Source of the DNA: Candidatus Latescibacterota bacterium
Lineage (GTDB): Bacteria; Latescibacterota; UBA2968; UBA8231
Assembly (NCBI GenBank): GCA_965223905.1
Contig: CBDCXV010000001.1
Location: 1,312,001-1,376,000, forward strand
Direction: 5' to 3'
Length of the DNA stretch: 64,000 nucleotides
The position numbers and the translations under genes were made by a program. Positions 47,185-55,841 of this stretch are shown one piece after another. Every line of letters begins with the position of its first letter. Position 1 is the first letter of the stretch. Under the pieces are notes generated by a model. That model was not told the DNA's origin. It saw only the letters and a program-made list of their open reading frames with translations, and ran no database searches.

Positions 47185-49125
47185 TCACATGGCCGACACG
47201 GCATTGCCGGTCTGTCCCATCAGGGCATTGATGACCAGCCAGAACCCGCCGACCGCGGCCTCGCCGAGAATCAGCCCGAGAAAGAAGGGTTTGGCGCCGT
47301 TGTAGAGCTTGACTCCCCAGTACTTCAGGATGAGGGATTTGAGCAGCCACGCCGTGAACACGGCCAAAAAAATGTGCTCCGTCAACCATCCGCTGAGGAC
47401 GAAGCCGAGGGGGTGGAGAGGCCACCAGTAGAATCGGGACTGGGCGACGAGGAGGGACCCTTCGACGAGCCCTCCAATCCCGGTGAAGATCCAGCCTCGC
47501 AGGTCGGGCACCCGCGGGTTGACAATGAGCCGGGCCATGTTCTCGAACGTGTCCATTGGTCGCAGGCTCATGAAGGAGGAGTGCAGGTTTATCCCACCCT
47601 CCACGTAGCAGTAGCGCAGAAGGATCCAGGTTGCCGTCAGGAGGCTGCACACGAGAGCAGCCATCATCGCCCAGAACAGCCGCCTCTTCGGTCCCGGGAT
47701 GTGCTCTGCTAACTTCAGTCCATTGGCGCAAGCTATCATGGGGAACAGCCGCATCTCGGCCTGCCAGACGTAGGTGAAGGCCAGGGCCACCAGTCCCTTG
47801 ACGCCGATGATGGATGTGCCGACCCCCGAGATGACGAACCACGCCGCCACCATGGGAGCTCTCGCCGTGGCCACTCCCGCGGTCGTCACCACGCGTGTCA
47901 CCATGATAAAGAAGACGAGACAGGCGCCCAGGAAGAGCGGCAGCACGATGGGTGGAATCCCCGAGCGCCACAGCCACACGGCGACGAAGGCGAGGCTGAA
48001 GAGAAAGCCGAAGAGAGCGACTCTGTATGGCAGCAGTTCGTCGTCGTCTTCCACGTCCGCATCCGACCGCCAGGCCTTGCGCACCACGTCCCGGAGGTGT
48101 TTCCTTGCGGTCCACAGAATGAAGAGGACGAAAACGATACACGCTCCCATTTGCTGATGGATCAGGTCTGCCCCCTCCACATGATACAAGCTCAGCCGCT
48201 CGGTACTGCCGATGCCGAGGGTGTCGAATATCACTCCCTGGATCCTGCCCAGCACGAAGAAGAACCAGATGCCGAACAAGATCCCCACGTTCACCAGGAA
48301 GAAGAAGCCCGTCCACCCCAGACGGAACCAGAAGTGGATGGCGACGGTGTCCGTTAAGGAGATGGAGGCCACCACATTCGGGACATAAGGGATGGAAGGG
48401 AAGTACGCGTGCAGGCCGGTCATGCTGAGTATTGTGAACGGCACGAAGAATCCGATCCACATAACCGGATTCCGAAAAAAGGGGCCGAGCCTTTCCAGGG
48501 GCCCTTTCCCTTCCTCGATCATCTGCAGCGGTAGCTGCATCATCGGGTAGGTGAGACGCTCGTGCTGGGACCATTGCCGGTGGAGGATGGTACTCAGGCA
48601 GATCATCATGAACCCCAGCACCAGAAATAAGACGTACCAACAGGCCAGGGGGGTTACCCACGCTCCCCAGGGAATGCTCGCGCCCTTGGGCAACCCCTCG
48701 TACATGTACTGGATCGCCCTGGGGTCCTGTGGCGTGATCCAGTCGACGATGTGGGGAATGTACAGGTCCGCCCATTGGTTCTCCGGCGTCGCGTGGTATT
48801 GGATGCCGCCGATGGTGGGGATCAGGTAGACGATGAATGCCTGACCGGGCGCGGTCAGCGCCATGAGCATCATGACGTACACCATGACCAGATCCGCCTT
48901 CGTCAGGGCCAGCTGCCGCTTGACGATGGCGAAGCAGGTGTTGATGAAGAAGGTGAATACGAAAAACAGGAAGATGGCTCCGTGCGAGGAGCTGTTGACC
49001 CCCCACGCGGAATCGATCAGGATGACCGTCGTATAAGGGGCTACGAGGCCAATGACGGCAGCGAAGAAGGTGCCGACTGCAAAGCCCTTCCACGTGTACG
49101 GAGACGGCCTATGCTTGTTGTCCAT
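47185..49125 (-). CDS. Polytopic inner-membrane protein, DUF6785/DUF6784-like (putative transporter)
   Basis: Many hydrophobic segments; QWSQHERLTYP, WWPLHPLGF and KPFFLGLILGE motifs. Confidence 0.8.
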   Translation of the reverse strand: MDNKHRPSPYTWKGFAVGTFFAAVIGLVAPYTTVILIDSAWGVNSSSHGAIFLFFVFTFFINTCFAIVKRQLALTKADLVMVYVMMLMALTAPGQAFIVYLIPTIGGIQYHATPENQWADLYIPHIVDWITPQDPRAIQYMYEGLPKGASIPWGAWVTPLACWYVLFLVLGFMMICLSTILHRQWSQHERLTYPMMQLPLQMIEEGKGPLERLGPFFRNPVMWIGFFVPFTILSMTGLHAYFPSIPYVPNVVASISLTDTVAIHFWFRLGWTGFFFLVNVGILFGIWFFFVLGRIQGVIFDTLGIGSTERLSLYHVEGADLIHQQMGACIVFVLFILWTARKHLRDVVRKAWRSDADVEDDDELLPYRVALFGFLFSLAFVAVWLWRSGIPPIVLPLFLGACLVFFIMVTRVVTTAGVATARAPMVAAWFVISGVGTSIIGVKGLVALAFTYVWQAEMRLFPMIACANGLKLAEHIPGPKRRLFWAMMAALVCSLLTATWILLRYCYVEGGINLHSSFMSLRPMDTFENMARLIVNPRVPDLRGWIFTGIGGLVEGSLLVAQSRFYWWPLHPLGFVLSGWLTEHIFLAVFTAWLLKSLILKYWGVKLYNGAKPFFLGLILGEAAVGGFWLVINALMGQTGNAVSAM

Positions 49126-49288
49126 ACGGGTGGACTGCGTAGCGCGAACGATTATCTATCGCGAGTGGCGGGCGTGGCGATCCACGCCAACCGCGATTGC
49201 GACCAGCGAAAAATGCCGACCGCAGGCCAAGTATCAGGGCGATACTGGTCTCATGACCGGGCCGAATCTCGGGACCAAGATTCGGCCC

Positions 49289-49333
49289 GGTCGATCACGT
49301 CCGATTCGGTACGAGGCCTGCGACACGAACCCG
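49289..49333 (-). repeat. Relic copy of 46160-46203, a conserved motif of the FlgD-tailed paralogs
   Basis: GGTCGATCACGTCCGA..CGGTACGAGGCCTGCGACAC.AACCCG is present at both sites. Confidence 0.8.
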
Positions 49334-49362
49334 CCGTATGGCTCACCTCGACCCGCCACGAA

Positions 49363-49406
49363 CAGAAAAGGGGGGGGGGTGGAACCATCCCCTCCCCCCT
49401 TTTCTG
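49363..49406. terminator. Terminator hairpin downstream of 49460..50350
   Basis: CAGAAAAGGGGGG...CCCCCCTTTTCTG. Confidence 0.75.
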
Positions 49407-49459
49407 CTCAGGTGCGTATTGCACTTGACGTGAGTACTCTACACGCTGGAAGGCCCTCC

Positions 49460-50350
49460 CTAGTCGACGAAGGCCGACTTGATGCGGCCCCAGCTCTCCG
49501 ATTCGACCGCGGATTGGAAGTCCACCCGCGGATCGACAGGAGCCAGCAGGAAGTCGGGGTACGCGTCCGCAGTGTGCCACATATCGGTAGCTCCGAGATA
49601 CCAGAAGCTCTCGTGCTCGTAGTCCTCACCGGGGATATCACTATCCCACGCAAACCATCCTATGCCGGCGACTTCACCTTCCGCGAATTGGTGTATCGTG
49701 CTCCCCTCTGGGTCGTCAAAGAGGAGATCATCAAAACCGGTGCGCATTATTTCAAAGGTGCCCGTCCCCTCACCGTTGAGCTGGCCGTCCATGCTCCAGC
49801 CCAGGTCGGAGTAGGGCGGCGAGTCAGCCCAGGTGGCCTGGCTGGCCCAGAGCCAGGACCAGTCGCGTTGGCCGACTTCGTATGGGGGGAAGGTGTGGTA
49901 CCCCTGGGTATAGCGAGCACCTGCGCGCGCCCTTTCCTCCTCGTCCTCGATGTCGTCGGGACCAAAGTTATGGAGGCCTCCGCCGTGGTCGGCATCTATG
50001 TGCCACTCATAACCATCGTCCAATATTACATCGTCGTGATCCCAGAAGTCGTCGTATCTCTCCGACAGCCAATAGATCTTGTTGGTCCCGGGAGCCCAAC
50101 CGACTATGGCGTTGAAGTTGATTTCGCCGAAATCCGTTGGGGCTTGGCCCTCGCCGTCCGTGTGGGCGCTGTAAGGTATCACGTAGTCCTCGGGAATGAT
50201 CGACCACTCGGAGGCATCGCCATCGAGAGTCGGCTCGAGTCCGGGCGGAAACTGAAACGCGGTGAATTCCAAGCCCGGCGCGTGTGCCCCGGCCGAAGAC
50301 GCGATTCCCAGGCACAAGCACATCACCGCTAGCGCTGTAATTTTTTTCAT
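49460..50350 (-). CDS. Exported acidic CBM9/sugar-binding-like protein with an SWGRIK C-terminal tail
   Basis: Signal peptide MKKITALAV...AGA, PTLDGDASEW, IDADHGGG and SAVESESWGRIKSAF; strong RBS. Confidence 0.75.
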   Translation of the reverse strand: MKKITALAVMCLCLGIASSAGAHAPGLEFTAFQFPPGLEPTLDGDASEWSIIPEDYVIPYSAHTDGEGQAPTDFGEINFNAIVGWAPGTNKIYWLSERYDDFWDHDDVILDDGYEWHIDADHGGGLHNFGPDDIEDEEERARAGARYTQGYHTFPPYEVGQRDWSWLWASQATWADSPPYSDLGWSMDGQLNGEGTGTFEIMRTGFDDLLFDDPEGSTIHQFAEGEVAGIGWFAWDSDIPGEDYEHESFWYLGATDMWHTADAYPDFLLAPVDPRVDFQSAVESESWGRIKSAFVD

Positions 50351-50447
50351 GAGGCCACTCCTCCCTCCTGATTTGACCCCCATCGGATATTCGAGGGGAT
50401 ACTCCGCGATCAGTCCGAAAGATACGGCAGCATTTTCCAGATACCTA

Positions 50448-50538
50448 ATAACAAATTCCGGCCTCATAACAAATTTCGGCCTCCGCCCTATTTGTGCCTC
50501 CCGCAGGGGGTTCTGTATAACTATCTTGTATAACTATC
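50448..50538. repeat. Two short tandem duplications in a divergent promoter region
   Basis: ATAACAAATT(C/T)CGGCCTC x2 (50448-50483); TGTATAACTATC x2 (50514, 50527). Confidence 0.8.
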
Positions 50539-50663
50539 ATTGTTTACGGGGACTTAACACCGGTTCTCTACCGCGTGACCATGGCGATTGGCTTGAGACC
50601 GTTTATCGTACTATTCTCCTTGACATCCCATTCTCGTCAACATCGATAGGAAGGATTTCGGAC

Positions 50664-51698
50664 ATGACGGAGCCGATCAAGCTCGGAGTCGTTGGCTGTG
50701 GCTGGGCAGGAGCGCAAGCCGTACTGGCAGCAACCGCCGTTCCCCGCACGTGTGTTGTTGCCGTGGCGGATCTCGACGTGACGCGACGCGACCATGTCGT
50801 TGAGGAATTCTCCGTACCGAGGTCCTACGGCGATTACCACGACCTGCTCGATGACTCCACTGTCGAGGCCGTCTACCTCGCCACCACTCCTGAAGGCCGG
50901 CTGCAGATGGTTGTCGATATCCTCGACGCCGGCAAGCACGTGCTGGTACAGAAGCCGCATGCGATCAGGGCTCCCGAGATTCTGGAGATGGAGGCCACCT
51001 CCAAGAAGGCAGACAAGACGCTCCAGTTCTGTTACTTCATGCGTCACTACCCCGACAACCGCAAGATTCGCCAGGCTGTGCAGCGCGGAAAAATCGGCGA
51101 CGCTTATCATGCCCGCATCTTCGGGAAATACAATTCGATTCCCCCACTGACCGACAGCACGCGCTGGTTGCACGCCTACGGCCGGAAGGGCGGATCATTG
51201 GCGCAGCACTACTCGCATGAACTGGATCTGGCATGGTGGTGGATGGGCTGTCCTCGACCCGAGTGGGCGTTCGGTGCGGCACACGCGGTCTACCCGGTCT
51301 ACGATGGACCTGAGGGCCCTGCCGAGGACTATTTCACCGGGCTTGTGGGTTTCGAAGGCGGAAAAACGATTCAGATCGATTGCTCCCGCATGGTGCACAC
51401 CGATTCACCAACCACCGTCGAGCTCTACGGCAGCACGGGCGCGATCACGGGAGGAGCCATCTGCCGGCATCGGGAATCGGAGTTCATCCGCGAAGAGATC
51501 GATGAAGCGGTGGAGATCCCCCACAGCAAGCCACCGGAGAATCCGCCTACCTTCTTCTACGAGATCGAGCACTTTGCGATGGCCGTCGCCGGAGAGGTCA
51601 AACCGGACATCTCTGCCGCGGACGCGCACGCGTTCATGAAAATCCTCGATGCTCTGTATGACAGTGCGAAGGCAAAGCAAAGGATCGATATCGAATGA
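50664..51698 (+). CDS. Gfo/Idh/MocA family oxidoreductase
   Basis: LGVVGCGWAG and HVLVQKPH motifs. Confidence 0.9.
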   Translation: MTEPIKLGVVGCGWAGAQAVLAATAVPRTCVVAVADLDVTRRDHVVEEFSVPRSYGDYHDLLDDSTVEAVYLATTPEGRLQMVVDILDAGKHVLVQKPHAIRAPEILEMEATSKKADKTLQFCYFMRHYPDNRKIRQAVQRGKIGDAYHARIFGKYNSIPPLTDSTRWLHAYGRKGGSLAQHYSHELDLAWWWMGCPRPEWAFGAAHAVYPVYDGPEGPAEDYFTGLVGFEGGKTIQIDCSRMVHTDSPTTVELYGSTGAITGGAICRHRESEFIREEIDEAVEIPHSKPPENPPTFFYEIEHFAMAVAGEVKPDISAADAHAFMKILDALYDSAKAKQRIDIE

Positions 51699-51835
51699 CC
51701 AATCCCTACGGGACCTGGCCTGAGTCCTCGGAACTCCGGCACGACGGCGGCAAGCGGCTCATGGCGGGCAACCGCTTCTACGAGGTCGAGCACGACCTGC
51801 AGCGCGGCGGTCGGATCATACGCGTCGCGACTTCG
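51695..51835 (+). pseudogene. Probable truncated 5' gene fragment
   Basis: Coupled ATGA start and ~45 plausible codons (AGNRFYEVEHDLQRGGRI), after which the sequence looks non-coding. Confidence 0.35.
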
Positions 51836-52005
51836 CCAGCGACCTCGAGCGGTTTCGCAGGGCCTTTGGCAGGCGCCGAGTGGACCGCGTGGAAACCCCC
51901 TTCGCAGCCCCGATCCCGGTCGTTCTGCCCACTTACCCGCCCTTTTATCCCCCCGGGAAGCCCACGTTACAAACGTACCCGGCACGACATGGAAGGATCG
52001 CGGAT

Positions 52006-54297
52006 ATGAAAGGCACGACCAGACTCGTTCGAGCCGGTTTTTTGTTCACAGGCATTTTTATCGCGTTGGGGGTATGGCCAGCGGCAGAATGTCCAGCCGA
52101 CGTCCGCCCATGGAAGATCCGCGCCGGGACCAGCGAAGTGCACGATGGGGCCGTGCTCGAAAACAAGCTCGTGTATGTCCGGGGCAATGGCCAACCCGAC
52201 GCCGGGCGCTATCCTCAGGCGGCGGTGCTTTATTTTGAGCCTCTCGCGCAGCCGGGGCGGTATCGCGTCTCGTTGCGGGCGCGGACGGAAAAGCTCGGCG
52301 CGAGCAGGCTGACGCTTCAGGCGTGGGTCAACAAAAAGGACGGCGGCCTGGTGTTTCCGACCGGGCATGGCCCGATCCCGGTGCCGGTGGCGTCTGTTGG
52401 CATGAGCGGCTACGTCTTTGACGAACCGGGCAAGTGGCAGTCGTTTGGGTTGGAGTTCGACGTCGAGCACGACAAACGCACGCACGTGGGGCTGATGTAT
52501 GTCGGTGACGAGACCTGCAAGGCCGGCACCGTGCAGATCGAGAAATCATCGATTGAGCTTCGGAAGGTGGATCTGCCGGTATCGATCAGTTGGGCCCGGC
52601 CGGTGAAGCTGCGTTACAAGCATTCGGAGTCCGGATCACTGGAGATCCGCCTGACGAATGCGACCGAGCAAGCGCAGATAGTAGAGGTGCGTCCGGTGGT
52701 GATTGACGACACCGATAGCCGCAAGCCCGGTGAGTCGCAGCGCTTCACAGTGCCGGCTGCAGCGACGATTAGTGGCAGCGTGGCGTTCGACGTGCCTGCC
52801 GAGGACGGGGGCTACCGGGCGACTGGTGAACTCATCTCGGGCGACAAGGTGATCGACCAGCGTGGCGATGTGTTCTGCGTCACCGATAGCCCGTTCAGGT
52901 GCATGATCCAGGGCGAGAGCGGCGAGCGTGTGGTGCGCCTGCCTTACCTGCTGTCCGGTTCCTACCACCTGGGGTTGAAGGGATTCAACAAGACGGTAAT
53001 GGATCAGTGGGACAAGTACGTCCGCGACGCTTCGTTGGCGATGGAATCGCATCGCCGCGCTTACTTCACCTACTTCGAATATTTCGCCTGGGCGCGTGAA
53101 GATGCGACCGTCATGACCGAAGACTCCGATGAGCCGTATCTCAGTGGGCAAACCTTCTATCCGATCTCTCGCAAGCAGATCCTGCTGCTCAACGGCTTGA
53201 TGAAGCAGCACGGTATCGCGCCAGTGGCCTATGTGAATTCGATCCCGTTTGGTTGGCCGGGTTTTGAAGTGATTCGCCGCCGGCCGTTGTGGTTCCGCAC
53301 AGACCCGAAGACGCGTTGGGCGAGCGCGTTTTTCAACACTGCCGTTCTGGAGAAGTACCAGAATGGCGAGGCGGTAAGCGGTCCCGTCTATCCCGCCATC
53401 GAAGTGAATTTCGATACCCCCTCTGCGATCGATGGCAAGACCTACCTGGATTATCACCTGAGCCAACTGTACGCCAGCGCCAAGCTGTATGGCTGGGAGG
53501 CCTACCGCTACGATGCGGCCCCCTTGCAGACGGAACATTTTCCTGGGTTCAAGGCGGCGCTGGCCGAACTCGACCCGCCGGTGGGAATCGGCAACAACCA
53601 AGGCACCAATTCCCTGGGAAACCAGCCGAGTGGCGCGTGGCGGATCTACTGCCGGGAAGGCTCGCTTATGATGGAAGAAATTGTCAGGATGGCCTTCTAT
53701 GATCCGGCCGATGAACGCCGCCGGTGGGTGAACTATATCGCCTCCTTGCGAGAAAGCTCGCATCTGACACGTTCAAACGGCGGTCATTTCACTTACATCA
53801 ACGCCGGCGGCAACTGGTACTCCACAACGATCGGTTACGCGCTGGGCGGCCATCCGTGGGGGGTTTACAAGAGCCCTTTCGGCGATTGTGAACGGTTCAT
53901 GGTGCAGTACGGATCATATTTCTGGGACCTGCGCACGCAGATGCTGCCTGATCCGGATGAGACGCTTTCGGTCGCCAGCGAGCGCCCGTTGTGGTGGAAG
54001 CCGTTAGCCAGCCAGCGCGACCTCGATCAGAAGCACCGCCAGATCGTTGTGCCGCTATTCAACCCGCCGGCGGAAGAGGAGGTGGTCGGCACCACGACCG
54101 TCGGCCCGGCTGACGGGGTAAGGGTGAGCTTCGCGCCCAAAGCTGACGAAACGGTCACCGCCTGGCTGCTGGCGCCAGAGCCGGTACCCAGCCGCACAAC
54201 ACTGCCGACGAAGGCTCTCCCCGACGGTAGCCTGCAGGTGGAAGTACCCCGCTTCTGGGGCTGGACAAACGTCGTCTTTGACTGCCGGTCGCAATGA
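52006..54297 (+). CDS. Exported putative glycoside hydrolase (GH66-like TIM barrel) with an N-terminal beta-sandwich
   Basis: Signal peptide; FEYFAWA, HGIAPVAY and YGWEAYRYD segments. Confidence 0.55.
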   Translation: MKGTTRLVRAGFLFTGIFIALGVWPAAECPADVRPWKIRAGTSEVHDGAVLENKLVYVRGNGQPDAGRYPQAAVLYFEPLAQPGRYRVSLRARTEKLGASRLTLQAWVNKKDGGLVFPTGHGPIPVPVASVGMSGYVFDEPGKWQSFGLEFDVEHDKRTHVGLMYVGDETCKAGTVQIEKSSIELRKVDLPVSISWARPVKLRYKHSESGSLEIRLTNATEQAQIVEVRPVVIDDTDSRKPGESQRFTVPAAATISGSVAFDVPAEDGGYRATGELISGDKVIDQRGDVFCVTDSPFRCMIQGESGERVVRLPYLLSGSYHLGLKGFNKTVMDQWDKYVRDASLAMESHRRAYFTYFEYFAWAREDATVMTEDSDEPYLSGQTFYPISRKQILLLNGLMKQHGIAPVAYVNSIPFGWPGFEVIRRRPLWFRTDPKTRWASAFFNTAVLEKYQNGEAVSGPVYPAIEVNFDTPSAIDGKTYLDYHLSQLYASAKLYGWEAYRYDAAPLQTEHFPGFKAALAELDPPVGIGNNQGTNSLGNQPSGAWRIYCREGSLMMEEIVRMAFYDPADERRRWVNYIASLRESSHLTRSNGGHFTYINAGGNWYSTTIGYALGGHPWGVYKSPFGDCERFMVQYGSYFWDLRTQMLPDPDETLSVASERPLWWKPLASQRDLDQKHRQIVVPLFNPPAEEEVVGTTTVGPADGVRVSFAPKADETVTAWLLAPEPVPSRTTLPTKALPDGSLQVEVPRFWGWTNVVFDCRSQ

Positions 54298-54346
54298 CCG
54301 TAACAACCAAGTCACTTAGAGCTGCTCGTTTTTCAAGGAGCATGGC

Positions 54347-55717
54347 ATGGCTTCATATATCGCAGCGTTCATCCTGGCAGGTGGTTTTACCGTCTTTGCC
54401 GCCCCCGCGAGTGCCCAGCAGAGCAGGGCCGACGCTACCGCCGCCGACCAGCCGGTTGAACTGGTCCTGGTAGAATTTGGCACTCCGGATCGGGCGAATT
54501 GCCGGCTGTTGGCTGACACCGAGGCGCGCTCGGGCTATGCGATGGTTGCCGACCCGGCCGAAAGGCCGGGCGCGGGTCAGATCTGGAACCGCTATACTTA
54601 TACGCAGCCGCCGGGCAGTTCTCAAAAGGTGCTTTTCCATCAGACTCCGGGTAAGATCCGGTGCACTTTTCGCCTGAAAGTCGCGGATAACACCATCGAC
54701 AAGGCGGTGGCCGGAATCACGGCATCGATTGATGGGGGCGAACTCGGGGAAGATGGGTGGAAGATGTGGACAATCGTGTCCGCGTCGCGCGAGCTTAAGG
54801 GCACCGATTTCGCCGAACCCGATGTCTACCAGGAGTTTTCACTCGACCTGCTCAAAGGCGAGCTGGGCTTCGGCAACATGAGAGTGCGCACCACCGGGCT
54901 GACCAAAATCGCGTTCGATGGTATGAGTGTTCAGCAGATAACCCGCCTCGACATGGCCGAGGTGCTGGAATTGCTGGATCTTCCAGCCAAACCGACCGGG
55001 CTGACCGTTGGTAATGGACCGTTCTTGGTCCATGAGACCCACGGCCTGTACATGGAGCGGTGGGGTGTGCGACAGGCGATGGACCGTTTGCCCGAGCCCC
55101 TGCGCGCCGCGGGAAAGTGGGAGCAGTCGTACCTGAGCGTGCATCCAATAGCGAACAACCTTTCCGGCTACCCCACCAAGTGGGAGGATCTTTACCAGCG
55201 CCGGGTGGTGGTGCTCAACAACGTCCCAGCCCAGGCTGTCACCGTCACGGGCACGATGATGCTAAAGGAGTACATCCAGGACGGCGGCTGTTTGGTGCTG
55301 ATGGGCGACACGCACAGCTTGTCACTGCGCCTGGCGATGGGCGGCTGGGACACCTCGCTGCTCGCGCCGCTGCTGCCAGTGACGCTGTCGCGCGATCTAG
55401 TATACGGTGGCGGTCCGCTGGCGATGGTCCCGCAGACAGAGGCACTGCGCCAGGCCGATTTGGATTGGTCGAACCAGCCTTACACGCTGTACTATCACAA
55501 GGCGAGCGTGAATCCGGAGGCCGAGGTGTGGGTGGCGGCCGGTGACGTGCCGCTGTTGGTGCAGCGCAAGATCGGAAAAGGCCGCGTTGTGATGTTGCTT
55601 TGCGCTGTGCTCGGCGACAAAATGCCCGAGGCTACGGGCGTGCCGTTCTGGGAATGGAAGGATTGGCCGACACTGATGGCGGAGGTGCTCGCCGAAGGCC
55701 AAGCCGAAGCCAGATAA
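54347..55717 (+). CDS. Exported protein with a C-terminal GATase1-like domain
   Basis: VVVLNNVPA...LKEYIQDGGCLVLMG...LLPV...PLLVQRKIGKGRV. Confidence 0.7.
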   Translation: MASYIAAFILAGGFTVFAAPASAQQSRADATAADQPVELVLVEFGTPDRANCRLLADTEARSGYAMVADPAERPGAGQIWNRYTYTQPPGSSQKVLFHQTPGKIRCTFRLKVADNTIDKAVAGITASIDGGELGEDGWKMWTIVSASRELKGTDFAEPDVYQEFSLDLLKGELGFGNMRVRTTGLTKIAFDGMSVQQITRLDMAEVLELLDLPAKPTGLTVGNGPFLVHETHGLYMERWGVRQAMDRLPEPLRAAGKWEQSYLSVHPIANNLSGYPTKWEDLYQRRVVVLNNVPAQAVTVTGTMMLKEYIQDGGCLVLMGDTHSLSLRLAMGGWDTSLLAPLLPVTLSRDLVYGGGPLAMVPQTEALRQADLDWSNQPYTLYYHKASVNPEAEVWVAAGDVPLLVQRKIGKGRVVMLLCAVLGDKMPEATGVPFWEWKDWPTLMAEVLAEGQAEAR

Positions 55718-55841
55718 CCCATCCCGGATCGTTCAAAGCTCTAACAAGATAGCCATGCAATGCAATGACTCTTGGGACCCTGTCGTTGACGGGAGCTAAC
55801 AGTCACTGGTTGGGTGGACACGATTCTCCTCTCCTCCATCG

